Part shown: positions 1 through 11,141 of the stretch, one piece after another
Numbering within the stretch: the stretch's first letter is position 1
Layout of the letters: every line of letters starts with the position of its first letter
Assembly: GCA_963777605.1 (NCBI GenBank)
Contig: CAVZRV010000006.1
Span: forward strand, 1 to 64,000
Reading direction: 5' to 3'
DNA from: an uncultured Acidobacteriota bacterium
Lineage (GTDB): Bacteria > Acidobacteriota > UBA6911 > RPQK01 > JAPXNP01
Length of the DNA stretch: 64,000 nt
Notes under the pieces: model-generated
The model's input: only the letters and a program-made list of their open reading frames with translations
Database searches by the model: none
Told to the model about the DNA's origin: nothing
Made by a program: the position numbers and the translations under genes

Positions 1-141
1 GAAATACCCTTGATTCCGGCGGTTGGTGAAGGCGCGGAGGTCGTGCAACACTCCAGCAGGCTCATGCATTTGAATTGAGTTTAACTAGAACGGAATTGGG
101 TAACTCTTGGTTCTTGCTAGCTTTATCCGGGGACCTATCCG

Positions 142-1054
142 ATGGACGCGATCACGTTTGAGAACGCCTACTACATCAAGCTTGGTCGGAGTGGCGAATG
201 GGAACGCTCCAGCATTGAAGAGAACAAGTTGCGGATTGGATGGCCTGGGCAGACGATTGGAGACATCAATTCCGGCAACTGCGATGAGATCAGAAAACAG
301 ATCGAGAGTGAAATTCCAAATAGTCTTCCAGTACACGCGATTTCAACGCTTTGCGGATGATTGTCGGCAGCACGCCCAGCGATGTCTGGATCACCTTTCA
401 CGGTTCCAGGCTGTGGTGGTGTCGGCTGGCTGAATCGATGATCGAGCAGGATGAGGTATCGAAGTATCGCATTCTGAAGGGGGTCTGGTCAGACACGGAT
501 ATAAAGGGCAATCTTCTGCTCATCGAGCAACTTCCAGGTAGACTCGCGCAGATTCAGGGGTTCCGTGGAACAGCATGTCGAGTCCGGGAAGTCGAGGAAC
601 TTCGCCGTCTCCTCAACCATCAACCGAGCGAGGTTCTCAAAGCGATTCAGAGCTCCCGTGAAGATCTCGCCCAAAAGGTCGTTGAAGGGATCCGGCAGCT
701 GCACTGGAAGGATTTTGAAGTCCTGGTCGACCTGGTCTTCCGTGCGTCGGGTGGAGAAGGACGATCTGTGGCAAAACCATGAAGTATTCCGATCTCATTC
801 TGGAAGATCCGATCACGGGCGACACTTACCTGGTTCAAGTCAAGTCGCGCGCAACACAGGCAGAATTTTCCGAATACTGCCTCAATTTCCCCAAACGTGG
901 TTACCGGAAACTGTATTTCGTCGTACACACGGTTTTTGGCACCCTCGCACCGCCGGACGACCTCGACAACATTGAACTGGTTCTGCCGCATCGCCTTGCA
1001 GAGATGGTGGTTGACCACGGACTTTTGCGGTGGCTGATGAGGAAGGTCCAATGA
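142..1054 (+). CDS. Mrr-like PD-(D/E)XK restriction endonuclease (split by two frameshifts)
   Basis: ORFs 142..360, 351..782 and 779..1054 join. 'LHWKDFEVLVDLVFRASG' and 'SDLILED...LVQVKS' match the Mrr_cat D...QxK pattern. Confidence 0.7.
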
Positions 1055-1192
1055 TCTATCGATCGCGGAGTTGATGTGGGCGAACTTCAATGAAATATGC
1101 ACTACTGAGGCCGACCCGCATTCAAGGCGACTACCATCGCCGGTCTGAAAGCGACGTTGAGCCTCAGAGAGCAGATCAGTAGGCGGCTTCGT

Positions 1193-1966
1193 ATGCGAAT
1201 CGTCAGCTGGAACATGAACTACTGGCAGCGAAAACCGGCCCAACGCTTGGCCGCGTGGCGCTTCCTGGAGAGCCTCGAGCCAGACGTTGCGCTCCTGCAG
1301 GAAACCGTACCGGAAAGTGGGTATGACTCAAGTCGAGTTGTTTACCATCCCCCGGGAATTGACAGGAATGCTCGCTGGGGCTCGGCACTCATCTCCTACG
1401 GAGGAATGGTCGAACCATTGGTGGAGGTCAAGTCTCGTTACAACAAGACCCCGGCCAATCTCCACGAAACTTTTCCAGGCAGTCTGGCAATCGCACAGGT
1501 CAATGGCATCACCCTCATCAGCTTCTATGGCGTCTTCTCCAATAACTACACGCTGACGACCGTCCATAAGCAGCTTTCCGATCTGACGCCTCTGTTCGAC
1601 TCCCGGTTGGGCAAGCGCGTCATTCTCGGCGGTGACTTGAACATTACGACCCAGATGGCCAGGCCACATGGAAGGCGCCACCAAAACCTCCTTGATCGCA
1701 TCGCCTCCCTGGGCCTAATTGATTGTCTTGCCCTCCAGCGACCCGCCCGCCCGCCGCTGGTCGGCTGCCCATGCGAAGACTCGCCCTGTCTGCACGTCCA
1801 GACGCACCGCCACAACCGCAGTAGCCTGCCGTGGCAGGCAGACTACATCTTCGTCAGTGAATCACTGAGTAAAGTGGTGACATCCTGCTCAGCACTGGAC
1901 AGCGGCGACCCGGATCCCTGGCAATTCAGCGATCACTGCCCAGTGATCCTTGAACTAGATCTCTAA
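1193..1966 (+). CDS. Endonuclease/exonuclease/phosphatase (EEP) family protein
   Basis: Motifs IVSWN, DVALLQE, LGGDLN, ADYIF and SDHCPV. Confidence 0.9.
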   Translation: MRIVSWNMNYWQRKPAQRLAAWRFLESLEPDVALLQETVPESGYDSSRVVYHPPGIDRNARWGSALISYGGMVEPLVEVKSRYNKTPANLHETFPGSLAIAQVNGITLISFYGVFSNNYTLTTVHKQLSDLTPLFDSRLGKRVILGGDLNITTQMARPHGRRHQNLLDRIASLGLIDCLALQRPARPPLVGCPCEDSPCLHVQTHRHNRSSLPWQADYIFVSESLSKVVTSCSALDSGDPDPWQFSDHCPVILELDL

Positions 1967-2394
1967 CAGGCTCGTCTGGGAGGATTGATTTACTGCGCAT
2001 GCCGCCTGGGAGCCTCACTGATCGATTCTGATTGTTCCGAAACCTGTTGTTAGGCGCCTTATCGGGAGTCAGATGGACGCCGGGCTCAACGGGCCTGCGG
2101 CTGTGGGCTCGGCGCCGAACTTGGAGCGCCCCTCGAGTCTGCAGGCGCAGCAATCGAGATTCAAGGCCGTGTCAGATTCCTGGGTTGACAATTGGCACGA
2201 TTTCGCTGGAGAAGCCAGATCCGGCAACGTGTCTCGCTGGGTCCGGGGCGCGCCGCGTACCCCCGGCTCTATGTTTGTGAGTCTGGAAGTGTGCGAGGCG
2301 ACCTCCAGATAGTGGCTTTGATCACGAGACAAGCGGGGGCGGTTGGCCTACACTCGTTCGGGGGATTTTGCGCCCTTTTACAGAGAGGAACTCA

Positions 2395-4828
2395 ATGAAC
2401 GACGGGTTACTGCAGGTTATTTTGGAGCGGCTCGAAGCGGACGACCTCGGGCCGAGTACCGAAGCTCTGGTTCTGGCGGCCTGCGAGGGGGATGCGGAAC
2501 TGCACGGACTGCTGTCGGGAACGGCGTTATCACCATCGGCTGACCGAAGGACCGTGAGCGGGAAGGCGATACCCGGTGTCTTCCTCAAAGAGATCCTGGT
2601 CGAAGGGTTTCGGGGGATCGGGCCTGAGGCGACGCTTCAGCCGGCGGTCGGGGCGGGTTTGACGCTCGTGGTTGGGCGGAACGGCTCGGGGAAGTCGAGC
2701 TTCGCCGAGGCCCTCGAGATGCTCCTGACCGGGGCCAACCAGCGCTGGGCGAACCGTCCTACGATCTGGCAAGAGGGATGGCGCAACCTCCACCACGAGG
2801 GCCGGCACGAATCAGTGCGTCATTTCTGGTCGAGGGGGCCTCCGCCCCTCTGACGATCACTCGGGCCTGGACCGAGGACCGCAGGCTTGACGATGGAGAG
2901 AGCTGGATCGAACTGCCCGGCGGCGAGTGCCGCACGTTCGACGATCCGGACTGGCAGCGGGCCCTGGCCGATTTCCGCCCGTTCCTGTCTTACAACGAAC
3001 TCGGCGGCATGTTGACCGCCCGGCCGGTGGACCTTACCGCGCCCTCAGCGCCGGGCTGGGACTCGAAGAAGTCGAAGAAGCGCGGGAGCGCCTGCGGCAG
3101 CGCCGCCTGGTCGCCCAGAAGGTCCTGCGCTCAGCCCAGGAGCAACTGGCTCCCCTGCTCGGCCGATTGCGGGAGGCGTCCGACGAACGGGCTCAAGTCT
3201 GCGCGACTGCCCTGGCCCGGGAACCCTGGGAACTCGAACCGGTCTCCGCCGTGATTCTCGGAGACGAGGACGGGGCCGCAGAAGTGGTCTCCAGGCTCCG
3301 CAGGCTGAGCAGCTTCGAAGTGCCGGGCGGCGAGGAGATCGCCTCCATTTCAGCGGAACTCCGGTCGGCGGCTGCGGAACTGGAATCGGCCGTCGGCACC
3401 CCGGTGGAGCGGGACCTGGCCGTTGCGGGACTGCTCGATGGCGCCATCCGATTCCACGCCAATCACGGAGACCAGCCCTGTCCGGTCTGCCGTGAGGGAG
3501 TCCTCGACGACTCATGGCAAGCGCGCGCCGTCGAGGAGCGGGACGCCCTTCGCCGACGGGCGGCGCAACTCGAGTCCGGCCGAAAGCGGATGGAAAAGGC
3601 CCGTGAGCGCGTGATCGCCCTGCCTTCGTCGTTTCCCCTGGCCCGCCAGGGCGAGGGCGAAGGTATCCCGGCCGGGGCGTTCGAACAGGCCATGGAACAT
3701 TGGGCGTCCAAGGACTCGATCACGGATCCGGCGGCCCTTGCCGACCACCTGGAGCGGTCCGGAGCGGCCCTCGAGGAGGCGGCCGAGCTGTTGCGGGAAG
3801 CGGCCCGCCGCGAGCTGGACCGTCTCCGGGCGGAGTGGCTGCCTCTGGCCCGGGATCTCACCAGTTGGCTCGAGGCGGGACGAAGGGCCGAGTCGGTCCG
3901 AGAGTCGATTGCCCAACTGCGGTCGGCCGAAGACTGGATTCGAGATGCGGCCGGAATCCTCCAGGAGGAGCGGTTTCGGCCGATCGCCGAGGAAGCCGGC
4001 GAGGTCTGGAAGATGCTCCGGCAGCAGAGCAACGTCGATTTGCGGGAGATCGTCCTCAACGGGACCGGCAACCACGGCAAGGTCGAACTCGACGTGACCG
4101 TGGACGGTCGGCCCGGCGTCGCCCTCGGCGTCATGAGCCAGGGAGAACTCCACAGCCTGGCCTTGAGCCTTTTCTTCCCGCGGGCGCGCCGCCCGGAGAG
4201 CCCGTTCCGGTTCGTTGTCATCGACGACCCGGTCCAGTCGATGGACCCCTCCCGCGTGGACGGACTGGCGCGGGTACTCGAGCTCTGCTCCCGGGACCGC
4301 CAGGTCCTGGTCTTCACGCACGACGCCCGCCTGGCCGAGTCGGTCCGGCGCCTGCAGATTCCCGCGACGATTCTCCAGGTGACGCGGGCCGCAGACTCCC
4401 GGGTCCACCTCGATTCGGTTCAAGACCCGATCGCGCGTTACCTCGATGACGCCCGGGCGCTGATCTGCACCTCCGATCTTCCGGTCAAGGTGAAGCGGCG
4501 CGCCGTGCCCGGGTTGTGCCGTCACGCCCTGGAGGCAGCCTGCGACGAGGCCGTCCGCCGTCGTCGCCTCGCCCGCGGGGAGACTTCGATCCAGGTGGAG
4601 AGCCTGCTCGAATCGTGTCACCGCCTGACGGAGCGGGCAGCCCTGGCTTTCTGTGACGACCTGGAGCAAGCGGGCGAGGTCCATCACCGGCTCCGCAACA
4701 TCGGCCCCTGGGCGGTGGAATGCTTCAATCACTGCAACCGCGGCAGCCACGAGCTCTCCGAGATCGAGCTGGACCGGATCGTCGCGGACACCGGAAAGCT
4801 CGCGGAAAAGATCCGGAGGGCCTTGTGA
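2395..4828 (+). CDS. Rad50/SbcC-like ABC ATPase with zinc hook and HEPN-like C-terminus (frameshifted)
   Basis: Walker A GRNGSGKS, CPVC hook in the coiled coil, MSQGE signature, VVIDDPVQSMD, FTHD, and C-terminal 'CRHALE...CNRGSH'. Three ORF fragments joined. Confidence 0.8.
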
Positions 4829-5193
4829 GCTTTTCCGAGACGCACGAGCTCGTCGGACAGGCGCGGCGGATCTGCGCCGAGGGAGGCGGCTCGGCCGTTC
4901 GGATCTCGGCCCTGCTGGCGCGCCAGGCCCTCGAACTCGCCCTTGGGATCTACTGGGTCCGGCGGGGTTTTCCCGATGTCGCCGAAACGTCAATGCGAGC
5001 GCAGCTCCTCTGCCTGCAGGAGTACTTGGGAGAAGAAGAGGCGGCCGAACAGGCCAGCCACGCCTGGTGGGCTCTCAGCGGCGCCTGCCACCATCACCCT
5101 TACGAGCTCTCCCCGTTGCCAGGTGAGATCAGCCGCTGGGTGGAACAGGTCGCGACTACCACCCGGGTCCTGGAGAAGCTCGGCGGGGACTGA
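4825..5193 (+). CDS. Small HEPN-like helical protein coupled to the ATPase
   Basis: GTGA overlap with the ATPase stop; 'LARQALE...LSGACHHHPYEL'. Confidence 0.65.
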   Translation: MSFSETHELVGQARRICAEGGGSAVRISALLARQALELALGIYWVRRGFPDVAETSMRAQLLCLQEYLGEEEAAEQASHAWWALSGACHHHPYELSPLPGEISRWVEQVATTTRVLEKLGGD

Positions 5194-5256
5194 ACAACTG
5201 AATTGATGTGTTTGAGAATCGGTAGTCTTCAGATTTTGGAAAGGTGAAAAGGAAAC

Positions 5257-6142
5257 ATGAGCACAAAGCTGGCTGAGCTCTACCGGGGCTGCGTCTGTTG
5301 CAGTGCTCCATGTATTGGGATCGTTAATGAGGCAAATCTGGGCCTGACACCCCGCGGTTTCTGGTATTCCGACCGGATGGAAATCCCTCTTCAGATCCTG
5401 GTTGTCGGCAAGAACCCGGGAAATGCGGCGCCGGAGTCCCCTGAGAGCCGGGAAGCCGCTCGATTGAAAGGACAGTCCGGAAGCACTGCGCGCCCATGTG
5501 ATCGACTTCGCCGATCAACTGCTCAGACGCCAACAGGCCGGTTTTCACCGGACGCTGCGAAGGATTCTGGCCCGGCTGCTCCCACCGGGAGACTGGCAGA
5601 CACTGGAGAAATCGACCGCCATTACAGAGTTGGCCAAATGCGAGGGCATCGACGAGCAGGGGCGCATCCCGGCTTCGACGGTCAGGACTTGTGTCGATCG
5701 CTGGCTGAAACGGGAGGTGGAAGTCTACCGGCCGCGAATGATCCTCGCGTTGGGACGGGAGGCGGAACGGGGCCTGGTCGACCTTCTCGACGAACCCTGG
5801 CGCTCGCGAGTCGCCTACTGTTATCACCCGTCTTGGGGAATCAGAAATCTCGACGAGATTGAACAGCGCTGGGCCGAATTGCGCTCTGGCGCCGATCTAA
5901 CACCGCAGCCCCAGCGAGGAAGAACCCGGGGCGGGCACTGGATTAGGTTCATAGAGCATCGACGCCGTAATTGGATTCGACACTGCGTTCGGATCGGACC
6001 TACTCATCTTCATCCTCCCCTGATTCACTCGCCTCCGGAAGGTGCCCGGCCGGGGCGACGACCTCAAGCTCGAGTGCCTGGATCTCGGGGAGCGAGGCGC
6101 CGACGATCCCCCGGATGTCGCCGTAGACTGATGCCGTGTTGA
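5257..6142 (+). CDS. Uracil-DNA glycosylase superfamily protein (frameshifted; true 3' end probably near 5900-5950)
   Basis: ILVVGKNPG, ITELAKC, C..RWLKREV...RP.MILALGREA, YHPS; N-terminal CxxC. Confidence 0.7.
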
Positions 6143-7284
6143 CGGCGATCCGTTCAATCTGCTTCTCCCGCTCCTTCCAGATTCGCTGCATGGCCCGCTT
6201 CTCCTTGATGAGCTGGCTGTGCATGGCGGTGAAGTTCTCGACGATCCCCGAGACCCGCTGGCGGAACTCGACCCCGGAAAGATACTGGTAGATCGCTTCC
6301 ATCTTCTCGTTTTTGCCCACCTGGGCCGACTTTGCGAAATGGACCTCCATCAACTCGTGCCGCAGGATCGCAGCGACTGCGAAGGCCAGCCTGAGCGGGC
6401 AGACCCAGACCCCTTCGATCAGTCGCGAAACCGTCGAAATCCTTCGGCAATGCCTGAGACACGATGACCGCCAGCTCCGCCCCCAACTCGCGCTGGTCGT
6501 CCTTGAGCTTAGCGATCCAGCCGTCGCTCCAGTTCTTGGTCGACTTGCTTTCCCACAGGATGACTCCGCACGGCCGGCCGGAGCTGTTTCGGACCTTCTG
6601 GATGATGTCTGCGCCTCGAATCCCCTTGGGAACCGGTTCGAATCTCATCCTGCGGAAATGCTTCAGCAAGGGAACGCTCCAGATCCAGCTCCAGCACTTC
6701 GCCCTGGGTCTGCATCGAACCCTGTTCTGCCTTCCGTTTCATTTCGTCGAGCGCTTTCCGCAGATCCTGGATGACTTTGTCCTTCTCAAGGTCTTTCAGG
6801 CGGTGAGCTCTCCTCGAACTTCAGTGCCGCCTCACTTCGAGGACCTTCTTCCTTTCCTCGTCGATCTTCCGGGCCACCTCAAGCTGGAGTTCTCTTCGCT
6901 TCGCCTCGACTCTTCGCTTTTCCTCGCGGAGTTGGAGTTCAGCCTTCCGGAATTTGGAAAGCTGAACGTCTTTCTCGGCAATCTCTTTCTCGCGATCCGC
7001 CAGTTCGAGCGCCAGCTGTTCCGACGCCTCCTTGCGGGCCTTATCCAGCAGAGCCGTCTCGCTCTGCTTCAGTTTCCGGCGAACCATCTCATCGATGGTC
7101 TGCTGCTGGTTTTCAAGCTGTCTGCTTCTCTTCTCTAGGTTTCCTGGAGTTTGCGGGCCGCGTCTTCCCGCGCCTTGACCTCCACTTCCAACTCATCGCG
7201 AAGCCCGGCACGGATCTGGTTGGTGAACATCTCGGATAGTTCAAACTGATGCCCACATTTCGGACACTTGATCCCTTCGGCCAT
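6000..7284 (-). CDS. DUF2130 domain-containing protein (multiple frameshifts)
   Basis: N-terminal IKCPKC, coiled coil, 'QGSMQTQGEVLE', 'GADIIQ...ILWESKSTKNWSDGWIAKLKDDQR'; AAGGAGG RBS. Confidence 0.85.
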
Positions 7285-7363
7285 CTCATCCTCCTTCGCA
7301 GCCTTTCCCCCGCAAGACCTCATCGGTACTCTGGGTGGGAAACGCACGACCGCGTTCCTCTAG

Positions 7364-7380
7364 CGCAATCGCGATGCCAA
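7364..7380 (-). promoter_or_regulatory. sigma54 -24/-12 promoter for the DUF2130 gene
   Basis: Minus strand TTGGCATC-GCGA-TTGCG with correct GG/GC spacing, about 80 bp upstream of the start and next to a bEBP gene. Confidence 0.7.
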
Positions 7381-7591
7381 TTATCACGGGCGTGCTGAAA
7401 ATGAGCGAATGTGACTGGATGTCTTCTTTGAAGCGGACGTGAAGACCCTTGCGTTTCGGGATTCCTCCGCCCGGCCATCGTCAACCGGCTGATCGGGACA
7501 CGGGCTTCCGGAACGCCCAAGCCGGCTGGCCAGAACTCGCCCGCAAGAAAAAAGGTTGTGTGAATACAAGAACGCTTGTATTCTCCGATGA

Positions 7592-9133
7592 ATGCAGAAG
7601 CTGCTCTTCGCCTGGGTTGGGCAAACCGATCTGAACGCTTCGAAGGGAGTCGAAGAGGCAGGGCTGGGACCCATCGCGCCGGCTTTGGACAAGTATGCGT
7701 TTGACGGCGTCCACCTGTTGAGCAACTATCCCGAGAAGGAGTCGCAGGCTTACATTAAGTGGCTTGGAAAGCGCACCGAAACAACGCTTCATCTCTATCC
7801 CAGGAAGCTCTCCAGCCCGATGCACTTCGGCGAAATCCATGAAGCGGTCGTCTCCGCAATCGCGACCGCTCTCACAACTACCGTCGCAAAACAGCCGGGC
7901 GCCAACGCGAAAACCGGAACCCGAAACCCGGAACTCTTCTTCCACATCTCTCCCGGGACCTCGGCTATGGCTGCCGTCTGGGTGATCCTGGCCAAGACCC
8001 GCTATGCCGCCACTCTGCTGCAGTCCTCCCGGGAAGCTGGTGTGCAGATCGCCTCGGTGCCCTTCGATATCTCGGCCGAGTTTCTCCCCGAGCTCCTTCA
8101 CCGGCCTGACCGAAGGCTCGAGGAATTGACCGCGGGCCTCGCGCCTGAAGCGCCCGAGTTTCAGGACATTGTCTGCCGGAGTTCCGTAATGAAGAAGGTG
8201 ATTGCCCGCGCCCGGCGGGTCGCGGTTCGTTCGGTGCCGGTCCTGATCGAAGGGGAGTCGGGGACGGGCAAAGAGCTTTTGGCCCGGGCGATTCATGCCG
8301 CCAGCCCGCGGAAAGGCAAGCCCTTCATCGCCGTTAACTGCGGTGCCATCCCCGAGAACCTGATCGAATCGGAGCTCTTCGGCCACGAAAAAGGAGCCTT
8401 CACTGGAGCCGATCGCCAGCGCAAGGGGCATTTCGAAGAAGCAGACGGCGGCACGCTCTTTCTCGACGAGATCGGAGACCTGCCCCTTTCCGCGCAAGTG
8501 AAGCTGCTCCGGGTCCTCCAGGAAAAGGAGATAACGCGACTCGGATCGAGTACGCCGATCCCGGTCGATGTCCGGATCCTGGCAGCCACGAACCGATCCC
8601 TGATCGAAGAGGTCGAAGAAGGACGGTTCCGGGAAGACCTCTTCTACCGCCTGGCTGTAATCGTGCTCAAGCTTCCGCCGCTACGGGGCCGGGCGGGCGA
8701 CTTGGGGCTCCTGATCGATCACCTGATCGACCAGGTCAACCAGGAAAGTCAGACCGAACCCGGCTATACAGAGAAGAAGCTTTCTATCGGCGCAAGAAAT
8801 CTTCTTCTGGAGCAGAATTGGCCGGGCAATGTGCGCGAACTCTATAACACTCTTCGTCGATCGGCGATTTGGGCCGTAGGGACGAAGATCTCCCGGGAGG
8901 ACGTGGCCGAATCGCTCCTTCCGTCCCGGCGTTCACGGAGTGCTGGCATACTGGACCGGGCCTTGGGAGAGGGCCTGGATGTCCGGGAATTACTGGCTTC
9001 CGTGGCCCGCCACTACCTGGAGCGCGCCATGGAAGCGTCCCACGCCAACAAGACCGAGGCAGCCAAACTGATCGGCCTCCCCAACTATCAGACGCTCACG
9101 AACTGGCTCGAGAAATACGGAGTCAAACGCTAG
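7592..9133 (+). CDS. sigma54-dependent enhancer-binding protein with RtcR/CARF-like N-terminal sensor
   Basis: GESGTGKE, GAFTGA, LFLDEIGD, WPGNVREL and a C-terminal Fis-type HTH; N-terminal 'FHISPGTSAMAAVW'. Confidence 0.92.
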   Translation: MQKLLFAWVGQTDLNASKGVEEAGLGPIAPALDKYAFDGVHLLSNYPEKESQAYIKWLGKRTETTLHLYPRKLSSPMHFGEIHEAVVSAIATALTTTVAKQPGANAKTGTRNPELFFHISPGTSAMAAVWVILAKTRYAATLLQSSREAGVQIASVPFDISAEFLPELLHRPDRRLEELTAGLAPEAPEFQDIVCRSSVMKKVIARARRVAVRSVPVLIEGESGTGKELLARAIHAASPRKGKPFIAVNCGAIPENLIESELFGHEKGAFTGADRQRKGHFEEADGGTLFLDEIGDLPLSAQVKLLRVLQEKEITRLGSSTPIPVDVRILAATNRSLIEEVEEGRFREDLFYRLAVIVLKLPPLRGRAGDLGLLIDHLIDQVNQESQTEPGYTEKKLSIGARNLLLEQNWPGNVRELYNTLRRSAIWAVGTKISREDVAESLLPSRRSRSAGILDRALGEGLDVRELLASVARHYLERAMEASHANKTEAAKLIGLPNYQTLTNWLEKYGVKR

Positions 9134-9142
9134 AAGACAAGA

Positions 9143-9159
9143 TTGGCACGAGGGTTGCA
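9143..9159 (+). promoter_or_regulatory. sigma54 -24/-12 promoter
   Basis: TTGGCACG-AGGG-TTGCA, a perfect consensus match 10 bp after the bEBP stop. Confidence 0.88.
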
Positions 9160-9192
9160 AATGCTTCCGGTGCCGTGCAAAGTCGGATCATC

Positions 9193-9486
9193 ATGAAATC
9201 GACCAATTTCGAGTTCCTGCGGGACACCTGGCCCGAACTGGCGGACCTGGGAGCTTTCGCGGAACAGTACGCCCAGGTCGATCCGGCCGGCCCTCTCGCC
9301 AGGATGAAGATACTCGAAGAGCAGAGGTATCAGGGGGCGACTGCTGCCGAAGCATCCCCGAGGCTCGAAAAATGGCAATCGGGCTTCAACGGAGTCGAGT
9401 TCCTCCACTCTTCACTCTCAATTCGCAGGTTTGCAGGTGAACTTGGCCCGAGTTGCGGCGTGCAGGCCTTTGTGGAGTCCAGATGA
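9193..9486 (+). pseudogene. Remnant of type I R-M locus (HsdR N-terminus fused to HsdS-like C-terminus)
   Basis: MKSTNFEFLRDTWPELADLGAFAEQY..DP resembles an EcoKI-type HsdR start. 'SSLSIRRFAGEL' resembles the HsdS C-terminal SL..RAF.GEL. Confidence 0.6.
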
Positions 9487-11141
9487 TCCTAAAATCCATG
9501 ACCCTCCAAAACTTCAAAGCCATCGGCGACGACCCGGTCACGATCGAGTTCAAGCCGATCACGCTGCTGTTCGGCCCCAACTCAGCCGGCAAGTCAACCG
9601 TGATTCAAGGCATTAGTTATGCGCTATACCTCCTTCGAGATGCGACTTCCGCAGAAGACAGCGAAGAGTTTGCTGATATTGTGCACAGTCGGGATCAATC
9701 GCGGAAAGTCAGCCTTCGGCTCGAGTTCGACACATGTGGGCAGGACCTCCCCCAGGAAGACTACCTAAGGCTTCGGTCCCAGGGCACTAGAACGGGAAGC
9801 CCTGAAAGCCTCCCGCTCGCCGAAGTCGAAGGTCCACTGCTGCCTGATTTCTCGAGAGTCTCACCTTTCTTCGCAGAGCTCAACGTTCGGTCAACGGCAC
9901 TTGGATCCGTCTCGTCCTATACCGTTGGGGCGCTGGGACAGGCCATCGGAAGGCTCCAATTTGGAGGTAGCGGAAGCGCAGGATTTTTCGACTATCTGAA
10001 TTTAGAGCATCCACTCTTCTCTCTTCGCGGGATGGCGAAGGTCAAGAGAAAGCTCTCGAAGTTTATTGCGTCGTGCCAGCCGATCATAGGCGGCTTATCG
10101 GAGAATCCGACCTTGAGGAGCACGCTCCGCAGCATTCTACCTGACCTCGATGATGATTCCCGGTTGTTCGGGATAACTAACTCGCTGGGACCTAACAACC
10201 TCCCTCGAACTGCTGTGAACGTGAAACTTGTCAGGTCGCATGGTGAAGTCTGCGAAGATCAACTCTTGGACACATTTAGTACAAAACTCTTTGTCGGCTG
10301 CCGACAAGCGCTGATGCAGATCCTTAAAGATGTATCCCATGTGGGGCCGCTAAGGACGATTCCGGGACGTAATTGGCGATTGCCGGGGAATCCATCGGCG
10401 GCGAGCCAGATCTCAGGCGAAGCTGCCTGGATTGCGGTGTGCAAAACGCCTGATCTCAATGCCGAAGTGAACACATGGCTGGAAAAGAAGCTCGGGGCGG
10501 GTTGTCGAGTAGAAATAAGGATTATCCGGGAGGTAGACGAACACCCTATTGACGAGCTGCTCGCTCGGGGAGAGCTGGCTGACGACTTCCTTCATCGGGA
10601 TGAAGACGGCGGGTATCTCGATCAGTTCATCTCTTTGTGGCACCAAACCAAACGCCTGATCGAAATGTCACCGACTAGGGCAGCTGTGAAGATCGTAGAT
10701 GAGCAAACTCGACTCGCAATTTCGGTTGACGACGTGGGAGTAGGCATCTCCCAAGTATTGCCAGTTATCGTTCAGTCAGTTGCTCGTGATTCCGGAATCG
10801 TTGCGATCGAGCAGCCGGAATTGCATCTGCACCCGGCAATGCAGGTGGAACTCGGCGATCTGTTCTTGACGCAAGCGAAGAAGAAAGCTGGACTCAGATT
10901 CCTGCTGGAAACCCACAGCGAGCACATCATTCTTCGCCTGCTCCGTCGTGTCCGGGAAACATCTGAGGGGACGTTGCCGGAAGGTATTCCGCCGGTGACT
11001 CCCGGAGACCTTGCCGTCTACTATCTTGAGCGAGTGGACGGTTCTACGCGGTCAAAGAAGCTGGAAATTGACTCCTTGGGGGAGTTTCTAGAATCTTGGC
11101 CGAGAGGATTCTTCGAGGAGAGGGAGGAAGAATTGTTTTGA
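9483..11141 (+). CDS. AAA_15/AAA_21-type ABC ATPase with C-terminal DUF3696
   Basis: NFKAI, GPNSAGKS, DVGVGISQVLP, IEQPELHLHP, ETHSEH and C-terminal WPRGFFEE. Confidence 0.88.
   Translation: MILKSMTLQNFKAIGDDPVTIEFKPITLLFGPNSAGKSTVIQGISYALYLLRDATSAEDSEEFADIVHSRDQSRKVSLRLEFDTCGQDLPQEDYLRLRSQGTRTGSPESLPLAEVEGPLLPDFSRVSPFFAELNVRSTALGSVSSYTVGALGQAIGRLQFGGSGSAGFFDYLNLEHPLFSLRGMAKVKRKLSKFIASCQPIIGGLSENPTLRSTLRSILPDLDDDSRLFGITNSLGPNNLPRTAVNVKLVRSHGEVCEDQLLDTFSTKLFVGCRQALMQILKDVSHVGPLRTIPGRNWRLPGNPSAASQISGEAAWIAVCKTPDLNAEVNTWLEKKLGAGCRVEIRIIREVDEHPIDELLARGELADDFLHRDEDGGYLDQFISLWHQTKRLIEMSPTRAAVKIVDEQTRLAISVDDVGVGISQVLPVIVQSVARDSGIVAIEQPELHLHPAMQVELGDLFLTQAKKKAGLRFLLETHSEHIILRLLRRVRETSEGTLPEGIPPVTPGDLAVYYLERVDGSTRSKKLEIDSLGEFLESWPRGFFEEREEELF

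Noticed and set aside
1098-1105. Partial TGCACTAC motif
   Set aside because: Only 8 of 10 bases match and the spacing to the next start (95 nt) differs, so it is not counted as a regulon copy.
1961-2056. attC-like site (CTCTAAC...GTTAGGC) after the EEP gene
   Set aside because: Only the terminal boxes pair. L-box pairing is poor, and no integron integrase or further convincing attC sites were found.
2192-2207. Third sigma54 promoter TTGGCACGATTTCGCT upstream of the Rad50-like ATPase
   Set aside because: GG-GC spacing is one base short. It could be an indel error, but it cannot be supported as given.
3512-4993. Long antisense ORFs (also 15360..17210, 7481..8497, 37837..39231, 50151..51257)
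   Set aside because: Shadow frames of well-supported genes in GC-rich DNA, with no motifs of their own.
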